Shown in pieces: positions 11,436 through 22,984 of a DNA stretch of 64,000 nt. The stretch is from the human T2T-CHM13v2.0 reference genome, Homo sapiens: NCBI RefSeq assembly GCF_009914755.1, contig NC_060946.1, one strand, 5' to 3'. Under the pieces are notes generated by a model. The model searched no databases. It worked only from the letters and a program-made list of their open reading frames with translations, and had not been told where the DNA came from. Made by a program: the position numbers and the translations under genes. Numbering within the stretch: position 1 is the stretch's first letter; each line of letters begins with the position of its first letter.

Positions 11436-12211
11436 ATGACATAGTGTTCAATGGCTCAGCCCTGTATTTTGGCGTTACAGGAGTTACCTGAGGTCCTAGA
11501 ATTCACTCCGTCTTCAGTCTCAGCTGATGACTGTTCATCTGGGGCAGCAGCGGTGCCTCCTGTCAGATGCCTCTTCTGTCCACTGTGGTCCACGTGGGTA
11601 CTTGGAGGGGGCCCGGGAGGTGTCAGCACCGGCCCAAAGATTTCATATAAACCGTGGCTCTTCTGCCCCTGGTCCCACAGGCTGGAGCTTGGTGTCAGGC
11701 ACCTCTCCTGGCAGCACCACGGGAAGGAAGGTCCTGAGAGGCCTCGCTTCACCACACACGCGTCAGAGGAGGGCGGGCCGGTGAGCTGAGCTCCTGCGTG
11801 AGAGCGGGAGCTGCCACCTGTGAGACCCGCAGGGGCACACTGTCCCGGGGAGAGAGGTGTGTGAGCTGCACACACAGGATGCAGCCTCCAGGAGACAGCG
11901 ATGGGCTGGGGTCCTTGTGTCCCTCACTGGGGCACATTCAGCGTCCATTCAAGGAAAGGGCGTGTGTCCCCAGGATCCGCCTGGGCTGAGTAGCTTGGTC
12001 GCCTCCGGCCCCTGTCCTTGTGGTTTCTGGCTGGCACTGGGCCTGGCCCTTCTCGGTGTTGTCTTTCTGCTCTCAGTGAAGTCGTCCAGGGCATTCTGGG
12101 CTTTCAGGCTGGCCTCCACCCCGTGCCGTTCAGGAAGCACCCCACTCGTCAGGCAGGCAGACACCCCAGTCACCCGTCACTCTCATTTTCAACATAAGAG
12201 ACATTGACATC

Positions 12212-12374
12212 AGCTGGACATGGTGGCACGTGCCTGTGGTCCCAGTTGCTCAGGAGGCTGAGGTGGGAGGATGGCTTGAGCCCAGGAGTTCAAGGCTGCA
12301 GTGAGCTGCAATCGCACCACTGCACTCCAGCCTGGGTGACAAGGCCAGACCCCGTCTTGTTAAAGAAAAAAAAG
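12212..12374 (+). mobile_element. Alu monomer (FRAM/AluJ right arm)
   Basis: GGAGGATGGCTTGAGCCCAGGAGTTCAAGGCTGCAGTGAG, A-rich tail. Confidence 0.9.
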
Positions 12375-12419
12375 AGAGATGCTCACGTGGTGCTGGCTCT
12401 ATTAGATCTCTTCAAGCCA

Positions 12420-12560
12420 TAGCACTAACTCAGGAAGTGGGTGTGTGTTTACACATGGAGAAACTGAGGCACAGGGGGACGCTCAGAGAGTAAGTGGATG
12501 TTCAGATAGTAATTGCTGCTGCAGCATTCGGACCCGGGAGGTGTGCCCCGCCCTGGGAAG
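12420..12560 (-). mobile_element. MIR fragment
   Basis: TTTACACATGGAGAAACTGAGGCACAG...AGAGTAAGTG. Confidence 0.6.
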
Positions 12561-13479
12561 AGGGGTTCTAGCTTGGCCTCCTACCAGGTGGCAGCCTAGT
12601 CCAGCCTTGTTACAGGACAGAAGCCGGAGGGGCCTCGTCACCTGTCATCAGGGTGGATTGGGATGGCAGCCTGCTTCCTCAGCAGAGGGTCAGCCTGCTC
12701 CGCACCCCTGGGGCCTGGTGCCTGCTGAGCTCCCCGTCCCACCCCGGCAGCCATCCTCAGGCAGCTCACCAGCCTGATGGGTACCGGACCCCCATGTCCT
12801 CAGGAGGCTGGTGGCCAGCACCTCCCTTCCAGTAGGACCCTCGCCCATACCCTACAGAGTGGGCTCAACGCCCTGGAGCCCAGGAAGGAGTGGTTCACAG
12901 GCTAGGAGGGCGGAGGGCAGGGGAGTGGACACCATGAGCCAACAGGACTGGAGGCCACCATGGTGTCACCATTCCCGCCCGGCCCTGCCCTGCCCTAATG
13001 CACTTTGCTGCTCAGCCTAAGAACTAAGGGGCCCTGGGACTGGAGAAGGTTCCCTGTGAAGATGACCTGCTGCAGCTCAGGACGCCTGCTGGGATTGCTA
13101 GAATGAATGCCCTGTAGCCTGAGTCCCTGATGTTCTGCATGGTGATTTGAACAGCAGCAACCAACCACAGCCGCTCCAGCCCTTCTCGTGGACCTGGCCT
13201 TGGGGTGCAGGAAGCGTTGGGGCCTTGGTTGTGACCTGGCTCTGCACCTTCAGGGAGCAGCCCCAGGAAAGAAGCCAAAGGCTTCCTGAACATGGCTGGG
13301 ATTCGGTATGTATTTCCAGAGTGGCCTCCCTGATTCCACTTGGGTTTTTCCCAAGATACAGTGTCCCTCGTCCCAGGGGTCCGTGGAGGTGGCACCATGG
13401 TCTTCACGCTGTCTTGCTGCTTTCTTCTTACTGTTTACTGGAACCTTTAGTATGGGCTCCATTCAGGACAGCGTGTTCT

Positions 13480-13781
13480 GGCCAGGCACAGTGGCTCATG
13501 CCTGTAATCCCAGCACTTTGAGAGGCCAAGGTGAGCGGATCACCTGAGGTCAGGAGTTTGAGACCAGCCCAGCCAACATGGTGAAAGTCCATCTCTACTA
13601 AAAATATAAAAATTAGCCCGGCATGGAGGCGCATGCCTGTAGTCCCAGCTTCTCAGGAGGCTGAGGCAGGAGGATCACTTGAACGGGGGAGGCAGAGGTT
13701 GCGGTGAGCCGAGATCGCACCACTGTACTTCAGCCTGGGTAGCAGAGCAAGACTCTGTCTAAAAAAAAAAAAAAAAAAAAA
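13480..13781 (+). mobile_element. AluS with target-site duplication
   Basis: Full dimer with poly(A); TSD AGGACAGCGTGTTC / AGAATAGCGTGTTC. Confidence 0.95.
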
Positions 13782-14949
13782 GAATAGCGTGTTCCTTCAT
13801 ACAGCAGGCTCCTCCTGACCTTAACGTCAGATGGAAACTTCTAGTGAGGAAGAGAAAGTATCATTTACCTGGATGAATGGAGCTGGGAGGTTTGGTTCTG
13901 TTGTTTGTGTCTGAGCACAGGGTAAACCTCTTATGTAAGCTGAACACGCGCTCCACAGGCTCAGGACCACGCCCTCCGGTCACTCCTGATGGAAAGGCTT
14001 GTGTGGGCCAAGCATCAGGTGCCCGCAGGTGAAGCAGGCAGCTAGGGACCACACCGTTCATGCCAGCTTGTTGGGCATCCACAGCCCGGTGTGATGGCAA
14101 GCTCACTCTGGGGCCAATTCTGAGCCCTCTGGGGACTGGGTTCTGGAACAACGGCTGCAGACTGCAGGACACAGGCCTTGGCCTTGGACTGTGGATGACC
14201 GAGCGCCCGTGGACCCAGCAGAGGGGAGCTCAGAGCCAGCTTCCTTTCCAGGCCCCAGGGGTGCAGTGAGGAGACACACCAGCTGTGACCCAGGCCACAA
14301 GTGTCCACAGGCAGAGAGGGCTGGCTGGGCCACAGGCAGAACGGCCGTGGTGGCAGCTCCAGGAAGCCAGGTTGGGAAGGCGTCTGAGGCTCCCTGTCTC
14401 AAAGGTGTGCCATGGGGCTGTTCTGTCCCCGGGGCAGGTCCCCTCACCCCTGAGCCTCAGGTCCTGTTGAGTGTGGGTTCTAATCCCACAGCCCCGTTGG
14501 GTAGACGAGGCTATGACAAGGTGACGGCAAGGTCGTTCCCAGAGCAGTGACTGGCGCCCAGGAGCTCAGGAACCGCAGCTGGCCAGGGTGCTGGAGATGA
14601 CCCCTGGCCCTGACGGAACCTGGGATTTGGGGAGGCCCTGCAGTTGCGAGACCCTCATCATCACCGCCCCTGGCTGAGTAAGGAATTTAACACAAGGCAG
14701 ATGAGGCCTAACCCAGGTGGGCAGGTGCCTGGAGGTGCCCGCCCAGGAGACAGCATCAGGGTGGGCTCAGAACTTTCAGCAGGGCCAGGGTCCCATGATG
14801 AGTTTCCTGGCCAAGGTCGGTTCAAGGGCAGATTCTCAGGGCTGCCTGGGGCCCAGGGAAAGGGTGAGTGTCAGGGGGAAGCTGAGCCCCAGGGCCTCTG
14901 CCTCCTGTTGAAGAGAATACTCCCGGGGCCAGATGGGACAGGGTCTGTG

Positions 14950-15120
14950 TCGACATGGGGACCGTGTGAGGATGGAGGCAGAGATCAGGACGATGCGTCT
15001 CCCGGGCAAGGAGCACTGAGGATTGCTTGGAGCACCAGAAACCCCTAGGGGGCCTGGAGTGGACCCTCCCTCAGATCCTCCAGCAGGAACAGGCCCTGTC
15101 CACACCTTGAGTCTGGGCAA
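14950..15120 (+). mobile_element. MLT1 LTR fragment
   Basis: GTGAGGATGGAGGCAGAGATCAGG...CACCAGAAAC...CCTCCAGCAGGAAC...CACCTTG. Confidence 0.6.
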
Positions 15121-15703
15121 GAAGAACTAACTGCTCTTTCAGATCCCCATCCCCCAGTATGTGGTCATTTGATTGGGCAGCCACGGGAATGGCACACAGA
15201 CCTGTAGAGGCCCGGCGTGGATGGCCAGGGGAGGGTGGCTCCGTGGTGGGGGTGCGGCCAGGTCCCCCAGCCTGCAGCGACCATTCTGGGTGAGCTCTGC
15301 AGTCTGTGGCCTCAGAGGCCCAGGAAGCTGGGAGGGGTTTGAATTGGATACAGGGAATAGGGAGCCACAGATGGTTCTTGAGCTGTGGAGTGGCAAAGTG
15401 ATATGGCTGCATAGAGGAAGGAAGCCAGCAAGTGGGGTGGGAAGGCCTCTGGCCGAGGCTGACAGCCCCTCCAGGTCGTGCACAGAGGGCGCCCCACTCT
15501 CCCGAGACACAAGGAAGGGTGGGGATTTGGGGGCACTGTCTGGTGGCCTGGATGTCCCTCACAGCACTGAGGATGAGCTCTTCGTTTCAGGCCCTCCAGG
15601 AGGCCGGCTGGCAGGAGCCGGGGAGGGAAGAGGAGCCTGTGTTCCCTGTGGCCCTGGGCAGCGTCTGCAGGAGGCTCACCCTCTCTCTCTCTTTGCTCCT
15701 CAG

Positions 15704-15712
15704 GTCTCCTGA
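15704..15712 (+). CDS. TAFA5: Final coding codons (Val-Ser-stop) of TAFA5/FAM19A5, a secreted neurokine; upstream exons lie outside the window
   Basis: Branch-like CTCAC plus pyrimidine tract CTCTCTCTCTCTTTGCTCCTCAG, then GTC TCC TGA. Matches the recalled TAFA5 C-terminus (...IKTTTVS*), and the following sequence matches the recalled FAM19A5 3'UTR. Confidence 0.9.
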   Translation, partial: VS

Positions 15713-15789
15713 CAAACACAGCCCCTGAGGGGCCCCGGGAGTGGCCTTGGCTCCCTGGAGAGCCCACGTCTCAGCCACAGTTCTCCACT

Positions 15790-17270
15790 CGCCTCGGACT
15801 TCACCCGTTCTCTGCCGCCCGCCCACTCCGTTTCCCTGTGGTCCGTGAAGGACGGCCTCAGGCCTTGGCATCCTGAGCTTCGGTCTGTCCAGCCGACCCG
15901 AGGAGGCCGGACTCAGACACATAGGCGGGGGGCGGCACCTGGCATCAGCAATACGCAGTCTGTGGGAGCCCGGCCGCGCCCAGCCCCCGCCGACCGTGGC
16001 GTTGGCCCTGCTGTCCTCAGAGGAGGAGGAGGAGGAGGCAGCTCCGGCAGCCACAGAAGGCTGCAGCCCAGCCCGCCTGAGACACGACGCCTGCCCCAGG
16101 GGACTGTCAGGCACAGAAGCGGCCTCCTCCCGTGCCCCAGACTGTCCGAATTGCTTTTATTTTCTTATACTTTCAGTATACTCCATAGACCAAAGAGCAA
16201 AATCTATCTGAACCTGGACGCACCCTCACTGTCAGGGTCCCTGGGGTCGCTTGTGCGGGCGGGAGGGCAATGGTGGCAGAGACATGCTGGTGGCCCCGGC
16301 GGAGCGGAGAGGGCGGCCGTGGTGGAGGCCTCCACCCCAGGAGCACCCCGCACACCCTCGGAGGACGGGCTTCGGCTGCGCGGAGGCCGTGGCACACCTG
16401 CGGGAGGCAGCGACGGCCCCCACGCAGACGCCGGGAACGCAGGCCGCTTTATTCCTCTGTACTTAGATCAACTTGACCGTACTAAAATCCCTTTCTGTTT
16501 TAACCAGTTAAACATGCCTCTTCTACAGCTCCATTTTTGATAGTTGGATAATCCAGTATCTGCCAAGAGCATGTTGGGTCTCCCGTGACTGCTGCCTCAT
16601 CGATACCCCATTTAGCTCCAGAAAGCAAAGAAAACTCGAGTAACACTTGTTTGAAAGAGATCATTAAATGTATTTTGCAAAGCCTAAAGTTATATATTTA
16701 ACAGTTTTTATATGTTGTATATTTGTAGAAAATCCTATTTAACAATTAACGTGGCAGTCCCGGCCGTCCTGAGAGTCGGGCCGAGCCCCGTGTGTTTCTG
16801 AAGACTCTGGGGGTGGGACACGGCGGGGAGGTGGTGCCCCGCGGACCCCGGGGTGCCAGGCACGGAAGGCGGGACTCTGGGAGAAGCGTGCGGAGGACCG
16901 TGGCGTCGGCGTCCCGGATGTGTCGGTCGTGCCCGGGGAGGCCGGGTTCCCCTCGCTGCGGGCCAGGCTTGGCTCCTGATTCCCTCTCTGGTCCCTGTAT
17001 TGGTCAACACTTGAGCGTACAATATCTTGAACATGCTTCTTCCAATGGGTTTTGTTTCCCATTTCCTGCCCCTTTCGCCACTCACGGACCTTGAGGCCAG
17101 TTGACGGCCCTTCTCCCCACGCCTGTGTCCCCGCGTTCTGAGAAGTCCTCTGTCTTCGTGTCACTAGGTCCAGAAAGTCGCGCCGGGCAGAGGCGCAGGC
17201 GGGGCCGGCAGGGCCGAGGAATAAGCGACAATTCTGGTTTTTCTCCCCTGGCCGTCGTTCGCCAGCCTCC
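15790..17270. promoter_or_regulatory. CpG-rich (island-like) segments within the TAFA5 3'UTR
   Basis: Dense CG dinucleotides at about 15790-16140, 16245-16450 and 16750-17270. Confidence 0.6.
16663..16668 (+). terminator. Candidate proximal polyadenylation signal ATTAAA
   Basis: ATTAAA in an AU-rich block, followed by U/GU-rich TTTTTATATGTTGTATATTTGT. Confidence 0.5.
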
Positions 17271-17773
17271 TTCATTTTCCTGAGTTCCCGCTGAAGTATA
17301 TACTACCTATGAGTCCAATTAACATGAGTATTATGCTAGTTCTATCCTACTAAAAAAAACGTAAAAAAATAACTATATAGAAGCTGTTCCAGCAACCATA
17401 GACTGAAGATACGAAAGAAAATCCATTTATTTAAGACCTGTTCCGGTATCCATGAGGACATAATTTACCTTTCAGTCACCACAAATTTATAGGCATTTGT
17501 ATCCTGGACTAAAAGAAGGGGCTGAGGTTGGGTTTGTCATCACAGAGGGGGTGGGCCTGGAAAGGGTCCTTCCCAAGCTGCCCCGGCTCCGGCGGCCCGG
17601 GCCGGCAGCCTCTGCCAGCCAGCGTCCTCACGGCCTCCCCCTCGCCTGTTTCTTTTGAAAGCAAGTGTAGACACCTTCGAGGGCAGAGATCGGGAGATTT
17701 AAGATGTTACAGCATATTTTTTTTTCTTGTTTTACAGTATTCAATTTTGTGTTGATTCAGCTAAATTATGAAA

Positions 17774-17779
17774 AATAAA
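17774..17779 (+). terminator. Distal polyadenylation signal AATAAA of TAFA5
   Basis: AATAAA with upstream U-rich tract and downstream GU/U-rich element. Confidence 0.85.
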
Positions 17780-19439
17780 GAAAAACTCCTTTGATAAGCA
17801 TGGCTTTTGTTCCCTGGGCGTGGTGTCCTGGGAGAGGGGCTGTGGCTGGTGAGGCTGGTGGGGATGACAGGTTGGGGCCAGCACAGGGACCCCCAGGGTC
17901 AGAGCAGACAGTGCCTGCAGCCCTCACGGCATAGCCGGTGCCGCCTGTGAGCCCCTGGGTTCTTCTGCACCCACAAGGATGGCCTCTGAAGCCCAGCCCC
18001 AGACGAGTGGGCAGTGCCTGGCTGCAGCCCTCTGGGGGGCTGTCATCCCTGCCTGAATATCGCTGCCCCACACAGACACTGCGCCCTGAGTCCCTCCACG
18101 GATCTGACGTGCGGCCGCCTGAGTGTGGCAGGCATCGGCTCTCCTTCATTCCTCCCCTGGCCGGTGGGGAAGCCCAGGCTGTCAGTAGGGAGGCTGGCCC
18201 CAGGTTCTCGTGAGCTGGCCCCACACAGGTGCCATACACAGAGCTCCCCAAGGAGGCCCAGGTCTGAAGCACCCCCTTTGCAGAGACATCCACTTAGAGC
18301 AGGTTGGAGCCCAGAGCCTCCTTGCTGCCCACACCTGAGGCCACCTGGGTGGGACCACCAGGTACCCCCCAGCTGCTCTTCCATAGGGCATCTCGGACTG
18401 GGCAGCTGGGCTGGGGGGCTGCGCCACGGGCTGCCTGGCCGTCTGTGCTTCCTTCCAAGGAGACGTCACTGGTCTTTGGAGCCATCAAGGTGGACAGACA
18501 AGGCCTCAGCTTTTCCCATAAGGGGCTGGGTTTCTCCTGGGAGGGAGGGCAGGAGGCGGAGCTACAGTGGCTGCAGGAGCACCTGGGCTGGCCTCTTCCC
18601 CATCGGGTGCCCTGGTGCCTGGGCTGGAGGGTCCTCCGTTCCCTCCCACAGAGGAGAGGCACGGCATGAAGTATGTATTCTGTGGCTTTGTGGTCAGCAC
18701 AGTGAGACAGGATGGGGCAGCCTGGCCAGGAGAGGGGCCTCCAGCCCGTTCCTGTATCACAGTGAGAGCTGGGAGGAGAGGCGTCAGTGTGCTGGGAGGA
18801 AAGCAGCCCCCACCATTGATACCTGAGGAGCAGCCCCATACCCAGAGGCTGAGCAGAAGGGCCTGAACCCTGGCCTGTCCTCCTGCTATGAGCCCCATGC
18901 GGGCTCCTGGGGGTGTTCCTCCCAGGAAGCTCCCTGCTGCCTGGGTCAGGAGGCACCGGGAACCTCAGCGCTGGCTGCCCAAGCTCCCTCTGCTCCCCAT
19001 GCACTGAGGGAAGGAGGTCGCTGCCTCGCCTAACTCAGGCTGCTGGGAGCAGTACCTGCCCCGTCCAAGGAGAGAACCGGTTCCGTCCCCAAGGTGAAGG
19101 GTCCGGGGAGAGCCCTTTGCAGGTGTGGATGTCCACAGATGGGCCCCATCCATTAGTGTTCTAGGGGTGGTCACAGCCTCCTGTGCGCCTGAGAGCCGCC
19201 TTCCCAGGGCCCTGGGCCAGCTGAGCCACCAGTGGAGTCTGCAAATGAGACACTCAGAGATAGTCCTCAGCCTCCCAGGACCCTCTGCCCAGGGCCCCCA
19301 CTGGCCACCCTGTGCAGCCCCAGCAGGACAACAAGAGCAGGCAGAGGCCACACCCCAAGGGCACGACCTTGGTTAGGGGCAGTCCTGGCCACTGCTACCT
19401 AAGGGGCAGGGCCAAGTGTCTCCATCCTCTCTGTCCCAG

Positions 19440-19880
19440 GCAGTAGAGCAGTGTCACGAAGGCCTGGCTGGAAGCCACACTGCGCGGCGTTCCACACAAC
19501 GGCCTGAGGCCGGCCATGCTTCCTCTCCGAGCCTCAGTTTCCCCATTGATAGAATAAAGAGAACCTCGCCAAGCTCACGAGGAGTCAGGAGGTGGAGGGT
19601 GACCAGCACTCGAGGCAAAGGTGCTCGTGGTCCTGATCGAAGCCTTGCACTTCCTTCCCAGGCCCCGTGTCACCCTTGAGGGGTGACCCTGGGCACTGGT
19701 GCTCGCCCGCCACTCCCACCTCCTGGAACCTGTCCCAGCTCCCCGTTCAGTGCTGGCCTTCAGAGATGCTGTCTGGGCCAAGCTCTGTCTCTCCCTCTAG
19801 TGAGGTCTGTGACCTGGGACACATCGCTTCTCTGAGCCTCAGCTGCTAGATCACAAAGTGGAGACCCCGCAAGCCTCTGC
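19440..19880 (+). mobile_element. Two MIR fragments
   Basis: CTCTCCGAGCCTCAGTTTCCCCAT (about 19522) and TGTGACCTGGG...CTCTGAGCCTCAG (about 19808). Confidence 0.55.
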
Positions 19881-20124
19881 CCTCCTGAGGCCCTGGGGCC
19901 AGGGTAGGCACCTCCTATGTGGGTCTTCCTTCTGCCGTCCCTGTCTCAGCCGTGAGGTGCCCCTCCAGACTGGCCAGTTCAGACTGTGGATGGGATCCAC
20001 TTCCCAGGGGCATGGATCCACATGGGGGCACGTGTGGGTAAGAACAGGGCAGGAGGCAGTGGGCTGGCGTGGGTAGGGATGACCCAGCAGCAGCAGGGAG
20101 CAGGCCGAAGGGCCCTGTCGGAGA

Positions 20125-20370
20125 GCGAGTGTGTGCGTGTGAATGTGTGTGTGCCTGTGGTGTGTTTGTGTGGTTTATGTGCATGTGCAGTGTGTGTGCA
20201 TATGGGTGTGTATGTGTGTACACATGTGTGCATGTGTGTACACGTGTGTGCATGTGTGTACACGTGTGTGCATGTGCGGATGTGCATATGTGTGTGCATG
20301 TGTGTGCACGTGTGTGCATATGTGTGTGCATGTGTGTGCGCACGTGTGTGTGTGCGCGCATCTGTGTGCT
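20125..20370. repeat. (TG)n-rich alternating purine-pyrimidine repeat
   Basis: TGTGTGCATGTGTGTACACG-type units. Confidence 0.95.
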
Positions 20371-20584
20371 TATTTTCACCAGCACCCTCATGTACTGAGC
20401 ACTTTCTGAGTCAAGGGTCCAGGGAGGAACCCTGAAGGATTCCTGAGTTTAAGGAGCCCTCAGGAATGGGGAGTGGTCCCCAAGGTCAAGGAACCCCCAA
20501 GGTCAAGCAGCCCTCAAGGTCATGCCCAGAGCGCCTGTCGGAAGGCAGCTGAGACAGGCTGTCCTGGGACCGTTGGAGCCCACC

Positions 20585-20885
20585 CAGTGTCCCCAGGTCC
20601 TGCACTGCCCCTGTCCCCCCTTGGGTTCTGCACTGCCCGTGTTCCCCCCGCCCGGGTCCTGCACTGCCCACATCCCCCCTCAGGTCCTCCTTCACTTCCT
20701 GAGGTCCCCCCCAGGGTCCTGTACTGCCCATGTCCCCACCCCAGGGTCCTGCACTGCCCGCATCCCCACTCAGGTCCTCCTTCTCTGCCCGAGGTCCCCC
20801 CAGGGTCCTTCACTGCCCGAGGTCCCCCCAGGGTCCCACACTGCCCATGTTCCCCACCCCAGGGTCCTGCATTGCCTGCGTCCTC
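20585..20885. repeat. About 30-bp C-rich degenerate minisatellite
   Basis: CCCAGGGTCCTGCACTGCCCATGTCCCC and CAGGTCCTCCTTCACT...GAGGTCCCCCC units. Confidence 0.85.
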
Positions 20886-22454
20886 CCCTGCCTAGTGTTT
20901 TAGATGCCACAGTGACCCGTGGCCTTGGCATCCAGGGCATGACCACTCTGCTGTTCTGGTCCTGAGCTGAAGTCAGCTTGAGATGTCAGTGCCCCCACAG
21001 AATGTAAGGAAACAAAATCCCAGAGACCCTGGCACACCTCTCAGCAGGCGGAAGTGGGGCCTCTGTTCTTGCTCCCGGGCAGGGAAACACTAGGCAGAAA
21101 CTGGGCAGAGGCCTCCAGCAGCCCCCAGCCCCAGCCTAGACTCTCCCCTGGGAGCCTGAGAGAGGCCCATGGGCCACTGCCCTGCTGCCTTAGAGGGCCC
21201 AGGCGAGCCTGTCCCAGGAGAAGCCACACTGGGCTGGAGGAGGGTCCAGGGGAGGTGTCCCATGTGTGAGTCTTGCCGGGATGAGGAATGGGGCTGGGTG
21301 GGCACCAGGCTGATCAGGGGGAGCCAGGATTTCAGGACAGCAGGGACAGCAAGGACAGCAGCCTTCCCTGCACCCTGGGTGCCAGCGCCCTCATTTGAGC
21401 ATCTGTCCCAGCCGCTGTTTCCACCAGCATCTGTCCCAACCGCCCAGGGCTGCCTCCCTGTCCCCCCGCTCCTGGGAGGCTGCGTGCCCCGTGGAGATGG
21501 GGGACAGGGATGTGGGAGCGTGGCCAGGCCTGGCACCTCCTGCACAGCCTGGGTCTGGCCCACTGCAGATGCTGCCTGCATTGGTGGCCTCTCCGGGTTA
21601 TCAGTGAGCTCTGGGCAAGGTGGGCACTCCGAGCCCTGGGCCTGCTTCCAGAAGTCTAGGTCCTTCGGTGTCTCAGCCACCCCAGGCCTCAGGTGCAGCC
21701 TCTGACCAGGCAGCACGGGCCTTGCCGGAACACCGCATCCCCTACTCCAGCAGGTCCCTAGCTTGAGGGGGTCACCCCTTCCGCAGCACTGCTCTGCTCA
21801 GCCCTCACACTGGGGGACCTCTTAGTTCCCAAGGGCTGTCCTCTGCTCCTTCCGCGCACTGGCCTGTCTTGCGCTGTGGCCGCGTTTGCCTTCTCCATTG
21901 GGCTGTTGGCTTCCTTAGAGGACATCCTGCATCTTAAATACCGTATTTCTTCCCTCTGCGCCCAGAGTCATAGAATTACTCTGAAATAATAGCCACATTT
22001 ATTTTCTCCTTTTACGAATGTCACCTCATTTGTTCCTCCTGCCAATGCTGCAGGGAGGGGATTAGTGTCTTTCTCGGGTGGATGGTGAGGTGGCCAGGCC
22101 GGCGCCACGTGGGTCAGCGTGGGATGCGGCCCCTCCTCCTCCGTGGACACTCACTCAGAGGGCTTCCTTCTGGGGCGAAGGGAGGGGGAACCTGGTTCCT
22201 GCAGGCCAGCGCCACTCAGTCCTGTCTCGAAGCGGGAAGACAAAGGCTGAGGAAGGAGCATCTGATCCCACCCATGGAAGGGCGCTGAGGAAAAGGCCAT
22301 TTTGACACCTGTGAAATCGGCAAGGAGGACCTCATCAACACCGCTACCACAGGGGCCAGGACTGAGGACGTGGCGTGAGATGGGCTCAGCTCCAACCCAC
22401 TGGCCTCGGCGGGAGCTCTGCTGCACACTGGGGCTGCGTGGATGGGAAGTGACT

Positions 22455-22532
22455 AAGCAGAGGCACGGGGACCCAGAGACACAGAGACCCGGAGACGCAG
22501 AGACCTGGAGACGCAGGGATGCAGAGATGCAG
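22455..22532. repeat. Short 8/16-bp degenerate repeat
   Basis: CAGAGACCCGGAGACGCAGAGACCTGGAGACGCAG. Confidence 0.6.
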
Positions 22533-22984
22533 GGGCCAGCCCGGAGGCTTAGTGGGCTGGCGGGATTCTCAAGGAGGGCAGGCAGAAGACGCAGACATAG
22601 AAGGTGGGAGAGGAGGGACCTGCCCAGCTACAAGGGTGGTCGCCTCCCTACGCTGACCCAGCAGTAGTTTTGCTAACGCTGGACTCGGCAAGGACGGGCA
22701 GAAGCCCCAGGCTGCGGCCTCGTGGAGACAAAGGCTCAGAGGGGCCCGGCCAAGGCCTGGTCAGGAGAGCCTTGGTCCTGAGCCTCCCGACCAAACCAGT
22801 GCCCTGCAGTCAGCCACCTCTCCCAGGAGAGCAGCAATGGGCCCGGCTCTGCAGCAACAGAAAAGGAGAAAGAAACTCCCAGGGAGGTAGCATGCCTCTT
22901 GCTTTGTGAGGAAATCAGAAGGCCCTGGTACAGGCCTGGCTGGGTGTGGTCACAACAGGACTTGGAGGACTCTTTGGAGAGAGG

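Larger units (their letters stand above)
15704..17797 (+). other. TAFA5: TAFA5 terminal exon (9 nt CDS plus ~2.1 kb 3'UTR); 3' end approximate
   Basis: Splice acceptor at 15702-15703; repeat-free UTR with alternating CpG-rich and AU-rich blocks; AATAAA at 17774 followed by a GU/U-rich element (TGGCTTTTGTT). Confidence 0.88.

Noticed and set aside
16020-16038. (GAG)6 tract read as poly-Glu
   Set aside because: Short UTR microsatellite downstream of the stop codon.
15173-16540. ORFs of 179 and 231 aa overlapping the TAFA5 exon
   Set aside because: Only the last 9 nt of the first is coding, after the splice acceptor; the second is GC-rich UTR with a non-ATG start and no recognisable domain.
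18014-19004. 270-aa and 236-aa ORFs just downstream of TAFA5
   Set aside because: Chance ORFs in high-GC DNA; no domain and no exon structure.
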